Program-made: the position numbers and the translations under genes | In this document: positions 19,486 through 29,559 of the stretch, one piece after another | How the letters are laid out: the number at the start of each line of letters is the position of its first letter | How positions within the stretch are numbered: the stretch's first letter is position 1 | The notes under the pieces: model-generated | What the model was told of the DNA's origin: nothing | The model's input: the letters and a program-made list of their open reading frames with translations, nothing else | Database searches by the model: none | Assembly (NCBI GenBank): GCA_038204425.1 | Contig: JBBRCZ010000012.1 | Coordinates: 35,447 to 99,446 of the forward strand | Origin: Spirochaetia bacterium | Lineage (GTDB): Bacteria; Spirochaetota; Spirochaetia; DSM-27196; Salinispiraceae | Reading direction: 5' to 3' | DNA length: 64,000 nt

Positions 19486-20961
19486 CTAGGCTTTTTTACC
19501 GTGCGCAGGTCCAGCCAAGGGACTCACCAAGATTTTGCCGGTTGCTTTATCAAGAGTAAACTTTACAGCTTTGAGCTCAGTGTTGATGGTAAAAGGTACT
19601 CGACAAATTTCCACCGTAACACCCGGAAAAATCGAACCTCTAATGATGAGGGCTGCGTCTTCGTTGTCATTTATCTCATTGAGCACTTCGACTATCGTCG
19701 TTTGGTACTTGTCGCCTTCTTCTTGCAGACGTTTGGCTTGATTCTGTAGACTGACTTCGTTGCCCTTTGCCAAACGCTCGGCCACCTTTTGCAAAGCAAT
19801 ATGAATTTGTTGAAACTTTTCTCGTGAGTACTCAAGCTTACGGTGCATGACATAGTTTTCGCCAACGCTGATGACCATGTGCGCCTCCGAATGGTTACCG
19901 ACAGTAAAAGCGTCGATGCCGCCGCGGGCCTGAATATGGCCACCAACCAGTCGGCCTTTGTCTCCGGTACTAAGACTACCAAGCGTATAGATGTGAGAAT
20001 TAAGCGCTGCCAGTTCCAATCGTACATCACCAAGTACTTCGATGTCGCAATGCTCGGCAAAGCGCGTCTCGAGCGCTCCTCGCACACGGACCAGACCCTT
20101 GCCACGCCCAATAATGCCGCCCTTGGCTTCCAAGTTGCCGCCGCAAAAAATCTCGTAAGCATCAAGCACGGTATTGGCCAGCAAGTTGCCACCAACCCAT
20201 ACTTTAAACCTATCTTTGATACCGGCCTTGAGAACCAAATTGCCAGGAAATCGAATATTGCCTGTTTTGTAGCCAACTTCTTCTTTAAGCTCCAAGGTTT
20301 CTTCTATCCAAAACGAATGAGAGTTCCATGCAAAGCGACCGTTTTTGGTGGCGTAGGCTTTACCTTCTCGGATTTCTACATTTTCTCCTGGACTGAGTGG
20401 CGTATACTCCAGACTAGAAAAACCAATGTAGTCGCCTTTGACGTTAGCGCCCGGTATTCCACCAACTTCTTTACGCTCGATGGCCAAGAGCTGACCTTCA
20501 TGGATGATGAACAAACCGTGAACTTCTCTGAAGTCAATATTTCCTTGTTCGTCTATGCTGCCAGCCTGCTTATTACCAGCTGTATCAGCAGCAGTTACTT
20601 TTTCTGACAAGATTTGCGCGGCCGCTTTTTGAACTGCTGCTTTTTTTTCTGGTGGAACAAAAACAAGGTCAAGTGATTGAATGCTGGGATGAAACACCAA
20701 ACAGGCTGGAACGGACGCCCTAGAGGCAGTCCCACGCGCCACCACCACATCGCGGATAATTTCGTGATTGTTATTGCAGCGCTCTAAGCATTGATTGACG
20801 AGATCCCAGTTGATACTGCCCGAGACACCGACGCCACGTAGCTCGTAGTCGACATCAGCCTGTTTAAGCAAGTGTCCCTCGCCAACAGCAGGAAAAAAAC
20901 TCCCCCGAGCCGTCAACAAATCTGAGGAAATTTCCACCGTGCAGCGTGCATCTTGAAGCAT
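19486..20961 (-). CDS. FapA / DUF342 family protein
   Basis: GNIDFRE, VGYKTGNIRFPGNL, GGIIGRGKG, GRLVGGHI, coiled coil, IFPGVTVEI. Confidence 0.88.
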   Translation of the reverse strand: MLQDARCTVEISSDLLTARGSFFPAVGEGHLLKQADVDYELRGVGVSGSINWDLVNQCLERCNNNHEIIRDVVVARGTASRASVPACLVFHPSIQSLDLVFVPPEKKAAVQKAAAQILSEKVTAADTAGNKQAGSIDEQGNIDFREVHGLFIIHEGQLLAIERKEVGGIPGANVKGDYIGFSSLEYTPLSPGENVEIREGKAYATKNGRFAWNSHSFWIEETLELKEEVGYKTGNIRFPGNLVLKAGIKDRFKVWVGGNLLANTVLDAYEIFCGGNLEAKGGIIGRGKGLVRVRGALETRFAEHCDIEVLGDVRLELAALNSHIYTLGSLSTGDKGRLVGGHIQARGGIDAFTVGNHSEAHMVISVGENYVMHRKLEYSREKFQQIHIALQKVAERLAKGNEVSLQNQAKRLQEEGDKYQTTIVEVLNEINDNEDAALIIRGSIFPGVTVEICRVPFTINTELKAVKFTLDKATGKILVSPLAGPAHGKKA

Positions 20962-21044
20962 TAGAACAGCATCCTAGTTAAGAGTATCGGCTATCTGGTC
21001 TTTTTCACAAGTGCAGAAATGCTATTGCCTAAGCCGAAAGAAAA

Positions 21045-21083
21045 ATCTTATATTTATACTACTATTGTGCATAATTATAGAAC
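21045..21083 (+). promoter_or_regulatory. Tandem ARG boxes overlapping the argR promoter
   Basis: TGTGCATAATTATAGAAC (21066-21083) closely matches WNTGNATWWWWATNCANW; a weaker box ATCTTATATTTATACTAC (21045-21062) lies 3 bp upstream, the classical spacing. Confidence 0.7.
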
Positions 21084-21103
21084 AATAGCCATGGAGCCAG
21101 AAC

Positions 21104-21574
21104 ATGAAAGAGCGCGACATTAGGTTAAAAGCCATCAAGCGAATTATTCGCAGTAATCGCATTACTAGTCAGGATGCGCTGCTTCACCATTTGCTTGTTG
21201 ACAAGATTTCGGTCACTCAAGCAACGCTCAGCCGCGACCTCAAACTGCTAAAAGTCGGCAAAGTGAGCGAAGGTGTTGACGGATACTATTACACCTTGCC
21301 AAGCGACGAAGAGCGCCATGAATCTGAGCGTTCCTACATTCTGGACTTCTTGCGCGGCTATGTCTCGATTGAATTTTCTGGCAGTTTGGGTGTGGTTCGT
21401 ACACTGGCTGGCCATGCCGCCTCGGTAGCTTTGGCACTTGATTGTATGAACTTGGAAGAAATATTGGGCACCATAGCCGGAGACGACACGGTTTTGGTAG
21501 TATTTAAAGAAGGACTTGGCGCTTCTCAAGCAATAGCTGTCCTTAAACAAAAAATTCCTGACTTGGATGAGTAA
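21104..21574 (+). CDS. argR: Arginine repressor
   Basis: [18 protein letters not shown]. Confidence 0.96.
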   Translation: MKERDIRLKAIKRIIRSNRITSQDALLHHLLVDKISVTQATLSRDLKLLKVGKVSEGVDGYYYTLPSDEERHESERSYILDFLRGYVSIEFSGSLGVVRTLAGHAASVALALDCMNLEEILGTIAGDDTVLVVFKEGLGASQAIAVLKQKIPDLDE

Positions 21575-21577
21575 ATT

Positions 21578-22627
21578 ATGAAAATTGCAATACTTGGTGT
21601 AACCGGCTATACCGGACAAATACTTATGCGCTTGTTAGCCAGCCATCCTGCTGTAGAAACCATCTACCCTGTTTCTTCTTCGCAAGTTGGCAGCCTGCTT
21701 ACCGACAACGACCCCGGTCTCTCGGATAGCATAGCCGCGCGTCTTCCTGGCGGCGACCTGCGACTGCTGGACATTAAGGATGCGGTCGCGGCCAAACCTG
21801 ACTTGGTCTTTGCAGCCTTGCCTCATCTCAAAAGCGCCGAGATCTGCGGGCCTTTTTTTGCGACATCGGTCGTGATAGATCTCTCGGCCGACTTCCGCAT
21901 TAAAGACCACGCCGCCTTTAGTCAGGCCTACGGCATAGCACCCCCGCGCCCTGACCTGCTTCAACAGGCCGTCTATGGCTTGAGCGAGTTCAACCGCCAA
22001 GCCATAGCTCATGCCGACCTGATTGCCAACCCCGGCTGCTACCCAACAGCAACCATGCTTGGCCTCGGGCCGCTGCTAAAGGCTGGTCTTATTGAAGGTG
22101 ACATTATTGTCAATGCATTGTCTGGCGTTTCTGGAGCAGGCCGCAAAGCCGCCGAAGCCTATCTTTTTTGCAGCCGTAGCGAGAATGTTAACGCGTATGC
22201 ACCTGGCAAATCTCATCGTCACCAAGCTGAAATGTGGCAAGAAGTCTGCACCCATGCTGGCACTAAGAGCCAAGGGCTTGACTTGTGGTTTACACCACAC
22301 TTAGTGCCCATAAAACAGGGCATGCAGGTTAGTTCGACCTTTAAATTAAAAGCTGGCACCAAAGACGAACAGATCGACAGCGCCTTTAAAACAGCCTACC
22401 AAAACGAGGCTTTTGTACGCATTCGCAGCAGCATGCCGCAAACTGCGCATGTGCGTGGCAGCAACCGCTGTGACGTGTACTGGCAGCGTGACGGCGACAG
22501 ACTTTTTGTGTTCACTGTAATCGATAACCTGATCAAAGGTGCATCAGGACAGGCTGTGCAAAACATGAACATTCGTTTTGGTCTGCCAGAAACTAGTGGC
22601 CTAAGCATGCAAGGAGAAGTTCTATGA
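21578..22627 (+). CDS. argC: N-acetyl-gamma-glutamyl-phosphate reductase
   Basis: GVTGYTG, ALPH, DLSADFR, IANPGCYPT, SGVSGAGR, DNLIKGASGQAVQNMN. Confidence 0.96.
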   Translation: MKIAILGVTGYTGQILMRLLASHPAVETIYPVSSSQVGSLLTDNDPGLSDSIAARLPGGDLRLLDIKDAVAAKPDLVFAALPHLKSAEICGPFFATSVVIDLSADFRIKDHAAFSQAYGIAPPRPDLLQQAVYGLSEFNRQAIAHADLIANPGCYPTATMLGLGPLLKAGLIEGDIIVNALSGVSGAGRKAAEAYLFCSRSENVNAYAPGKSHRHQAEMWQEVCTHAGTKSQGLDLWFTPHLVPIKQGMQVSSTFKLKAGTKDEQIDSAFKTAYQNEAFVRIRSSMPQTAHVRGSNRCDVYWQRDGDRLFVFTVIDNLIKGASGQAVQNMNIRFGLPETSGLSMQGEVL

Positions 22628-23412
22628 GTCACCAAACTACCAAACCCTTTTTGCTGGTCAAAATAGGTGGCCGACCCGCCGCCGATCAAGAAGTACTTGA
22701 CGCCCTTTTGGCAGACCTCGCCGGACTTCGCGCAGGTTACTACCCAGTTTTGGTTCACGGTGGCGGTGCAGAAGTGAGCGAAATGTCGCGCAAACTGGGT
22801 TTGGAGCCAACTTTTGTTAATGGTGTCCGACAAACAAGCGAGGCAGAAATGCACGTGGTGGAAGCCGTCTTGGCTGGCAACGTCAATAGCCGTCTCTTGC
22901 GGCGAGCCTTGGCACAGAACATTAAAGCCGTAGGACTTTCCGGACTAGACGCTGGACTGTTTTGGTCGCAATCGATAGATGCTCAAGCAGGCAGTAAAAC
23001 CGGAGCGATAGTTTCTGTTGATACTCAGCTATTAGACGAGCTCTGCCGCCTATCGTATATGCCAATTATTTCGTCTATCTCATGTGATCAAGCTGGCACG
23101 AGTGCCCTCAACATCAATGCCGATGATGCCGCAATGGCTTTGGCTGTGGCCGTTAAAGCTGAAGCTTTGATCTACTTGTCCGACATAGCCGGCATCCTCA
23201 AAGATGGACAAGTGATCAGCAGCATCAACAAGGCGCAGGCCGAAGCAGAAATCGCAAAGGGTGTCATCTCAGGTGGTATGATACCTAAAGTGAGGTATAG
23301 TCTTGCGGCCTTAGACCGCGGTGTGGGCAAAGTGATTATTGCCGGCTTTAACAAAAAGGGTGATCTTTTGGATCTTTTATCTGGCAAGGCAGGCACGAGT
23401 CTACACGCATAA
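22624..23412 (+). CDS. argB: Acetylglutamate kinase
   Basis: VKIGG, VHGGG, NINAD, GGMIPK. Confidence 0.95.
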   Translation: MSHQTTKPFLLVKIGGRPAADQEVLDALLADLAGLRAGYYPVLVHGGGAEVSEMSRKLGLEPTFVNGVRQTSEAEMHVVEAVLAGNVNSRLLRRALAQNIKAVGLSGLDAGLFWSQSIDAQAGSKTGAIVSVDTQLLDELCRLSYMPIISSISCDQAGTSALNINADDAAMALAVAVKAEALIYLSDIAGILKDGQVISSINKAQAEAEIAKGVISGGMIPKVRYSLAALDRGVGKVIIAGFNKKGDLLDLLSGKAGTSLHA

Positions 23413-23423
23413 GGAACATAATA

Positions 23424-24722
23424 ATGTCGCAAAAAAACGCTACTACTGTCTCATCTCAAGAAATCTACCAAGGCGCCTACGTGGTCGATCCGGCTTTTAC
23501 CAAAAACTACGGCAAGCGCTTTTTGGTGTTTACCAAAGGCAAAGGAGTCTGGCTCTGGGACCTAGTTGGCAAAAAGTACCTTGACCTAGCTTCTGGCATA
23601 GCCGTCAATAGCTTTGGCCACGGAAGAAATGACTTTGCTCGCATAGTTGCCAAACAAATGGCAACGCTGGCCCATACGTCAAATCTGTTTACCAGCCCAA
23701 GCACCATTGAGTTTGCTCGTCGTTTGGTTGGCTCAAGTCCTTTGGCAAAGGACAATCCTTACAAACTGCACCATCCAGCTGGCTATTTTGCTGGCGTGCA
23801 CCTTGGCAATTCCGGCACCGAGGCCAATGAATCGGCGCTTAAGTACGCGCGCATCTATGCTTCCCGCAAACCCAAACCCAACGGCACTAAGTTTTTAGCC
23901 TTTAAAAATAGCTTTCATGGACGAACCATGGGTGCTTTGTCGGTAAGCTATACTGCTAAGTATAGGACACCATCTGAGCCGCTGATTCCTGGTGTGGAGT
24001 TTATTCCCTTTAACGATCTGGATGCGCTCACAAAAACACTCGACTCGAGCTTTTGCGCCGTAATTGTAGAACCAATCCAAGGCGAAGGTGGCCTCACCCC
24101 CATGAGCGTCGACTTTGCTCAGGCACTTAACACGCTAACAAGGCGGCATGAGGTAGTTCTCATTGCCGATGAGATCCAGTCAGGCATGGGTCGAACAGGG
24201 ACTCTGTTTGCCTCGCAAGCCTTGGGACTCGAGCCAGATATTATTACCCTAGCCAAACCCTTGGCTGGTGGTCTGCCAGCCTCGGCTACGCTTGTGCGAG
24301 CCCATATCAACGACCTAATCCATGCCGGAGACCATGGCTCCACGTTTGGCGGCAATCCGGTAGCCGCAGCACTTGCTTGTCACATTTGGGACCACGTCAC
24401 CAAAGAAGGATTTTTGGACAAGGTAGAAGCGCTCTCTCAACAGTTTAGGTCTGGCCTAGAGGCGCTGAGGGTAGAGTTTTCCTTCTTGGGCCAGTTACGC
24501 GGCAAAGGAATGCTGCTCGGCATTGAAATTAGTGAAAACGGTTTGACCAACAAGGATCTCGCTGGGCTTTTAGAGGTACTCAAAAAACACGGCGTCATAG
24601 CCTTGCGCTCAGGCAGCAACGTACTGCGTATGGCCCCGCCCTTGTGCATAAGCCAAGCCGAAGTAAAACAAGCCTTTGATAAGCTAAGGGCAGCCTTTAG
24701 AGAGTTTGACAAACTTAAGTAA
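23424..24722 (+). CDS. argD: Acetylornithine aminotransferase
   Basis: NSGTEANE, SFHGRT, EPIQGEGG, DEIQSGMGRTG, TLAKPLAGG, HGSTFGGNP. Confidence 0.94.
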   Translation: MSQKNATTVSSQEIYQGAYVVDPAFTKNYGKRFLVFTKGKGVWLWDLVGKKYLDLASGIAVNSFGHGRNDFARIVAKQMATLAHTSNLFTSPSTIEFARRLVGSSPLAKDNPYKLHHPAGYFAGVHLGNSGTEANESALKYARIYASRKPKPNGTKFLAFKNSFHGRTMGALSVSYTAKYRTPSEPLIPGVEFIPFNDLDALTKTLDSSFCAVIVEPIQGEGGLTPMSVDFAQALNTLTRRHEVVLIADEIQSGMGRTGTLFASQALGLEPDIITLAKPLAGGLPASATLVRAHINDLIHAGDHGSTFGGNPVAAALACHIWDHVTKEGFLDKVEALSQQFRSGLEALRVEFSFLGQLRGKGMLLGIEISENGLTNKDLAGLLEVLKKHGVIALRSGSNVLRMAPPLCISQAEVKQAFDKLRAAFREFDKLK

Positions 24723-24741
24723 ACTTGGCTAGGCTTAAACA

Positions 24742-24779
24742 AAACAGGCGTCAAATCACTTTAGATCTGACGCCTGTTT
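24742..24779. terminator. Probably bidirectional terminator after argD
   Basis: AAACAGGCGTCA...TGACGCCTGTTT 12-bp inverted repeat between convergent genes. Confidence 0.75.
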
Positions 24780-24810
24780 GACTTAGATTAGAACCGCTAG
24801 GTGAGACGGA

Positions 24811-26076
24811 TTAACTCGGCAAAAAGTTAAAGTTGTTCGGAACATCCGGAAAGTATTCTTGCTTGTCTGCGCCATTGAGGTCGTCGATTTTAACTAGACC
24901 TTGCGGTGTCGGCAAATTATTCACTGTTTTCAAATATATGCTCGGACCTGCTGCTTGCGCAAAGCCAATAAACTGACTTGTCGCTGCCTCACCTTGTGGG
25001 TCTCCATAGAACGGATTTTTGTAAACTAAATTGCTGTCAAAAGCTAGGACCTTGCTGTAGTAAAGATTTGAAACATATTGAGAAGTGTTGGCACTGACCA
25101 GCAAAGTGTTGGCACTGACCAGCAAAGTGCCATCACTCCACTTGAGACCTGAGATGAGCATATAAAATTGAGGACTTTCGCCATCGCCATATGCATAAAA
25201 TGGTGATGTGCTTTCGCCTTGGTTCACTGGCAGGGTTGTGACGGTGCCACTACCAAGCTTGGTACGTGCCAGAATCTCAGGCAAACCAATTGGCACATAT
25301 GCAAAGTAAAGATTGCCATCCGGATCAAGCGCCAATGCGTTGTCAACAAAATAGTCGTAAGAGCCAATTGCTAATACATGCGCCATATCAAAAGCAAAGC
25401 TGCCGTTGGAAAGTGATGCAGACCAGATTTTTTTTTGGTTATTATTAACAGCTGCATACAATGTGTTGCTGGCACGATCAATTGCGATAGCGGAGAAGTC
25501 ATACGATTGGTCATCAAATAGCGGTGCTCCCGTTTGCCACCCATCTGCGCCTTAGCTTGCCTTATAAATCTGGTTGCTGCTGAAAAGATACAAGTTGCCG
25601 TCGTTGTCAAAGTCCAATCCCTGGGGACTAAAGTTTTCAATAGCAATTGCCACGCGACCTGCTCCGCTTATATCATCCAGAACGACTGCTCCGTCACTGT
25701 GCGTAACAGCTATCTTAGTTTTAGAAGCCAGAAGCTGCAAATCAATTGCATTTTCTCCCGCCACCAGATCTCGGGTTACGCTGGCTGCTTTTTCCAGTAT
25801 AAAGCCGTCACTCTGTGCTGCTCTAACCGTTATGGTGCGCATGCGACCAACAGGGACACTCAAGGTGGCGCTACTGCCACTAGCAAAACTTTGAACTACC
25901 GTGGCCATTCCTGGTCCACTGACTTTTACCGTAAAACCAGACGGTGCGAGTGCCGAACGGCTGAGTCCCGCAAAGCTAATTTGGGCGTTGCCTGCTGGGC
26001 CAAGATTTAAGGTACAAGAAGCCACCAACAAAGCAAAGCACAAACACGATATTAAAATGCTTGTCTTTTTTACCAT
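24811..26076 (-). pseudogene. Lipoprotein (Ig-like + beta-propeller-like) interrupted by one in-frame TAA
   Basis: ORFs 25552-26076 and 24811-25461 share a frame: ...NQIYKAS*GADGWQTGAPLFDDQSYDFSAIAIDRASNTLYAAV...; stop at 25552-25554; lipobox LVASC. Confidence 0.8.
25083..25129. repeat. 21-bp perfect tandem duplication (LLVSANT x2)
   Basis: AAGTGTTGGCACTGACCAGCA at 25083-25103 and 25104-25124, plus AAGTG. Confidence 0.95.
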
Positions 26077-26116
26077 ACTAACCCCTTTGGTATTTTAAAC
26101 GGAAAACACCAGCGTA

Positions 26117-26145
26117 ATTTTAACTCAATTACTAAGGTTTGTCAA
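26117..26145 (-). promoter_or_regulatory. Near-consensus sigma70 promoter of the interrupted lipoprotein gene
   Basis: Minus strand TTGACA, 17 nt, TAAAAT. Confidence 0.75.
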
Positions 26146-26201
26146 ATAACTTGTGGTGCAGCAGGGCCTGTAAGGAAGAATTGGTGCACCAAAAAGATAT
26201 T

Positions 26202-26234
26202 AAAAGCCCCTCGAAATTGTTCACTTCGAGGGGC
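26202..26234 (-). terminator. Intrinsic terminator of the beta-helix/CBM gene
   Basis: GCCCCTCGAA/TTCGAGGGGC 10-bp stem followed by TTTT on the minus strand. Confidence 0.8.
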
Positions 26235-26295
26235 AAGGTTTAAGCATCACTTAAGATAACTGTCGGACGCCTTCTTGCGTCTGAATTGAACCGAG

Positions 26296-29200
26296 TTAGA
26301 GAGCGCCAAAGGTCCACTTAAACAGATTATTGGATCCGTAAGCCGCAAGCACAATTGGATTACCGATCCATACATCTTGCGCTTTGGCCGCAAGACCATT
26401 GGCCTTGTTGATAACCTTATATTGACCGGCGCCAAGTGGCGTTATGCTCCAAAGCTGGGTATCGGCGCCAGTATAGGATTGGTTCTTAACAGACTCTGAT
26501 TCTGAGCTGAGTGCGTAGCCATTGCCAACATTTATGATCTTGTAATACGAGCCGACTGCTGTGACAGTCCACTTCTGACTGTTTGCCCCGTTGTAGTTTG
26601 CGTTTGATGTTACGCCACCTTGCCAGGACTCTGCTTGTTGGGCCTTGCCAGAGGCAACGTTGCCAAACTGATAGGTTCCATTAGCAAGTTGGGAGTTTGG
26701 GACGGTTGTACTGGTACTTGCAACCGTGGAAGTGGTACTTGCAACCGTGGAAGTGGTGCTTGCAACCGTAGTTGTTGTTGCTGATCCACCTGTGCCAGAA
26801 ACACCAATCCAGTCAATGCTGATAAACTCACTCCAGCTGGTGTTTTTGGCGCGCAGTTCCAATTTGTTGCTGGCGCTGTTGTTAAAGTTAACGTTAAAGC
26901 TAATGGTTGCAAAAACATTGCCATAGTCAAGCGCTGTGTTACTAAACTGAATAAGGTTAGCAGCTCCAACATTTTGCAAAACATTGTTTACATATACTTC
27001 CACACCGCGGCCGGCAGATTTGGCACTTACCAAGTCGGGACGTGACGAATAGCGCAAGGTAACTTGTTTGCTACCGCCGCTGGACGAAATATTGTTCCAG
27101 GTTACGCCATTTCCATTGCCTTGTATTTCTGACACATATTGAAAGGTGGTGGTGTAGGTTTGGTCAGTAAAGCGTGTTTGTACCGAGAATCCGCCATTGA
27201 TCGTTGCTGCTTCGGCCTGATAGTAGCCCAAGTTAGCGTTAACCGTGGTCGACGTGCTGCTTGAAGTTGAGGTACTTGTCGTCGATTGCACGGTGCTCGT
27301 CGTAGTAGCACTTACCACGGTGCTGGTGGTAGTACCGGCGCCAATGGTCGTCGTTGTTCCACTCGGAGTAGAAGTATCATAAACTTCCAAGTAGTCAAAG
27401 TTGATCAAATCGTTGTTTGTGTAGTCATTCTTAAAGGTAATGGTGTTAGCACCATTATTGAGATAGACCGAGTTCGTTAGCGTCGACCACGTTGACCATG
27501 ACCCTGAGCTAGCAAACTGCAAGAACTTTACGTAAACGTTGTTAACGTAGATTGCAACTTTAGCGCCGCCGCCAGATGCAAAGCGAACTCTAACGTTACG
27601 ATCACCGGCCGTACTTACGTTAACTGAGAGCCGTGCTGATGCACCTGGATAGAAGTTTTCTACATAGCCACCAGCACTGGCACCGCTGTAGAGGCTTCCA
27701 ATAGCTGCCCCACCGGCGAGTACTCCACCTTCGGCTTCGAGCTTAGTCCAACCCACGGTAGTGGTAGTGGTACTTGAAGTAGAAGAGGTGCTGGTAGTAG
27801 TTGGCGCGTTGGGGTTGAGCGTAGAGGTGGTAGAAGTAGTGGTAGGACCAGGACTCCAGCCAAACTCAAAGTAGCCAATGTCAGCTGCTGATCCTACGAT
27901 TGGCAATCCAACGTTAAAACCCTTGTTTACCACAAAGCTGCTAGAACTAGCAGGTTTGTACCAGTTGCCGGCACGGTCGCCTGAGTTGTTAAAGCCTGGC
28001 AGTGTATTGGTGTAGTTGTTGGCACCAACAGTCCCGCTGATTACCCAGGCCGCCTTTTGAGGATTGGTGTGATATTTGAGGTTGTTGGTAAAGGTAATAC
28101 CACTGCCACCCTCAATGTCGGCACCAAGACTGTTGAGGAAGACGTTGTTGCGAACGTCGATGCTGGTTCCAGCATCAAGATTGAGACTATTACCTTGGTT
28201 TTCAAAAACGTTGTTCCAGATTTTGATGTTGGTCGCCGAGTCAGGAATAAATACCGCCGAACTCTTGCCAAAACCAAAGCCCGGTTGACGGTTAATGTTA
28301 GTAAAAATGTTGTTGCGGATGATGTAGTTCTTCTTGAGTGTCCCACCTAAACCGTTCCAAATCGCAATACCAAAGCCCTTGTCTTGGATGTAGTTGTCGA
28401 AGATCTGAACGCCCGACAAAGCAGCTTCAATAGCTTCTTTGCTCGAGTTGCCATCCAAGTCGACTAACTTGTTGCTGTAAACTTTGAGGTTATTGCTATC
28501 ACTACCCACAGGTTCATAGCTGGTAATCTGGTTGTGGTTAACAAAGCTAAACCAAGTGTTTACATCGTTATTATAAACTTCGTTGCCATATTCCAAGTTC
28601 CACAGTTCAATAGAAATGTCTTCTCCCCAACTTGAGTCGGTTTCTGGCACACGAATGTAGTTGTTAAAGATCTTTACGTTTTTGAAATGGCCAACGTAGA
28701 TAAACTTGATTCCGTAGCCTTCGTTTTCGTTAATGGTGTTGTTGTAGATCTGCGCACCATCGATGCCAGCTAGATGAAGGTTACCCCAGGATTCGCCGCC
28801 CGTATCTTTACCGTTGTTGGTAAAAATGTTGTTTCTCACTGTAATGTTCTGCATCCACTTGCCGGCTGGCATGGGCTCGTACCACCACATATCAGACTTG
28901 CCAAAAACTGCACCACGACCGTTGGTGTCCTTAATAGTTACATTTTCCATGGTTACATTAGATCGGTTGTAGACCCAAACACCAGCCTTGAGACTGTTTT
29001 GACCATCAATGGTAAAACCTTTGAGAACTTGATCTCCATTGGCGGCTGGCAACATTTCTGTTAGGCTCCCATAGTAGATTGGCGATGCTTGTGAAGTTTG
29101 TGGATAGGCGTATGAAATTAGTTGAATCAAGCTGCCATCTGGCCAAAGGTGATAGTCACCCTCGGCGCCGGTAACCCAAGGATCAAGTTGAACGCCACTT

Positions 29201-29559
29201 GACTGGATTATAGTTTGAGTTTGACCAGCACCTTCGATGCTAACGCCAAGCTTAACTTTGGCAGGCTTGGTTTCGCTGTAAGTACCTGCGGCGAGTTTGA
29301 TGGTATTTCCACTGCTGGCTAAGTCAGCAGCCCGTGCCAAGGTTTTAACGGCCAGCGCCTCAGTAGAACCGTTATTGCTGTCGTTTCCACTAGGTTTTAC
29401 GTGAATAAAGCCGGTAAAGGCAGCGCGGACTTGAGTATCTCCACTCTGTGCAAGCGTTGCTGCATCAAAGGGTGAATTGCCGAGGTCACAAGCTGACAGC
29501 GCAAAAAAGACTATTGTCAGCACGGATAGAATAGACGCGAAACTTCTGAGTTTCTTCAT
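26296..29559 (-). CDS. Modular surface lipoprotein: right-handed parallel beta-helix + two CBM6/CBM35-like modules + ricin B-type lectin, with Thr/Ser linkers
   Basis: ATG 29559 with GGAG RBS, lipobox LSAC; VKPSGNDSNNGS..TIKLAAGTY and many IxNN repeats; KLEAEGG...INFDYLEV and YQAEAATI...ISIDWIGV; QKW/QLW ricin repeats. Confidence 0.85.
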   Translation of the reverse strand: MKKLRSFASILSVLTIVFFALSACDLGNSPFDAATLAQSGDTQVRAAFTGFIHVKPSGNDSNNGSTEALAVKTLARAADLASSGNTIKLAAGTYSETKPAKVKLGVSIEGAGQTQTIIQSSGVQLDPWVTGAEGDYHLWPDGSLIQLISYAYPQTSQASPIYYGSLTEMLPAANGDQVLKGFTIDGQNSLKAGVWVYNRSNVTMENVTIKDTNGRGAVFGKSDMWWYEPMPAGKWMQNITVRNNIFTNNGKDTGGESWGNLHLAGIDGAQIYNNTINENEGYGIKFIYVGHFKNVKIFNNYIRVPETDSSWGEDISIELWNLEYGNEVYNNDVNTWFSFVNHNQITSYEPVGSDSNNLKVYSNKLVDLDGNSSKEAIEAALSGVQIFDNYIQDKGFGIAIWNGLGGTLKKNYIIRNNIFTNINRQPGFGFGKSSAVFIPDSATNIKIWNNVFENQGNSLNLDAGTSIDVRNNVFLNSLGADIEGGSGITFTNNLKYHTNPQKAAWVISGTVGANNYTNTLPGFNNSGDRAGNWYKPASSSSFVVNKGFNVGLPIVGSAADIGYFEFGWSPGPTTTSTTSTLNPNAPTTTSTSSTSSTTTTTVGWTKLEAEGGVLAGGAAIGSLYSGASAGGYVENFYPGASARLSVNVSTAGDRNVRVRFASGGGAKVAIYVNNVYVKFLQFASSGSWSTWSTLTNSVYLNNGANTITFKNDYTNNDLINFDYLEVYDTSTPSGTTTTIGAGTTTSTVVSATTTSTVQSTTSTSTSSSTSTTVNANLGYYQAEAATINGGFSVQTRFTDQTYTTTFQYVSEIQGNGNGVTWNNISSSGGSKQVTLRYSSRPDLVSAKSAGRGVEVYVNNVLQNVGAANLIQFSNTALDYGNVFATISFNVNFNNSASNKLELRAKNTSWSEFISIDWIGVSGTGGSATTTTVASTTSTVASTTSTVASTSTTVPNSQLANGTYQFGNVASGKAQQAESWQGGVTSNANYNGANSQKWTVTAVGSYYKIINVGNGYALSSESESVKNQSYTGADTQLWSITPLGAGQYKVINKANGLAAKAQDVWIGNPIVLAAYGSNNLFKWTFGAL
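26712..26769. repeat. 21-bp tandem repeat (about 2.8 copies) encoding the TVASTTS linker
   Basis: Unit TGGTACTTGCAACCGTGGAAG. Confidence 0.9.

Noticed and set aside
19843..20607. 254-aa antisense ORF within FapA, and similar long antisense ORFs at 14554-15174 and 53383-54093
   Set aside because: Fully antisense to well-supported genes, with no motifs or RBS; typical shadow frames.
26155..26192. TGGTGCA repeats and the TTGGTGCACCAA palindrome as an NtrC site
   Set aside because: The arrangement does not fit TGCACC-N5-GGTGCA, and the adjacent promoter is sigma70-type.
25083..26769. 21-bp repeats as a possible CRISPR array
   Set aside because: They are head-to-tail in-frame coding repeats without spacers, and no cas genes are present.
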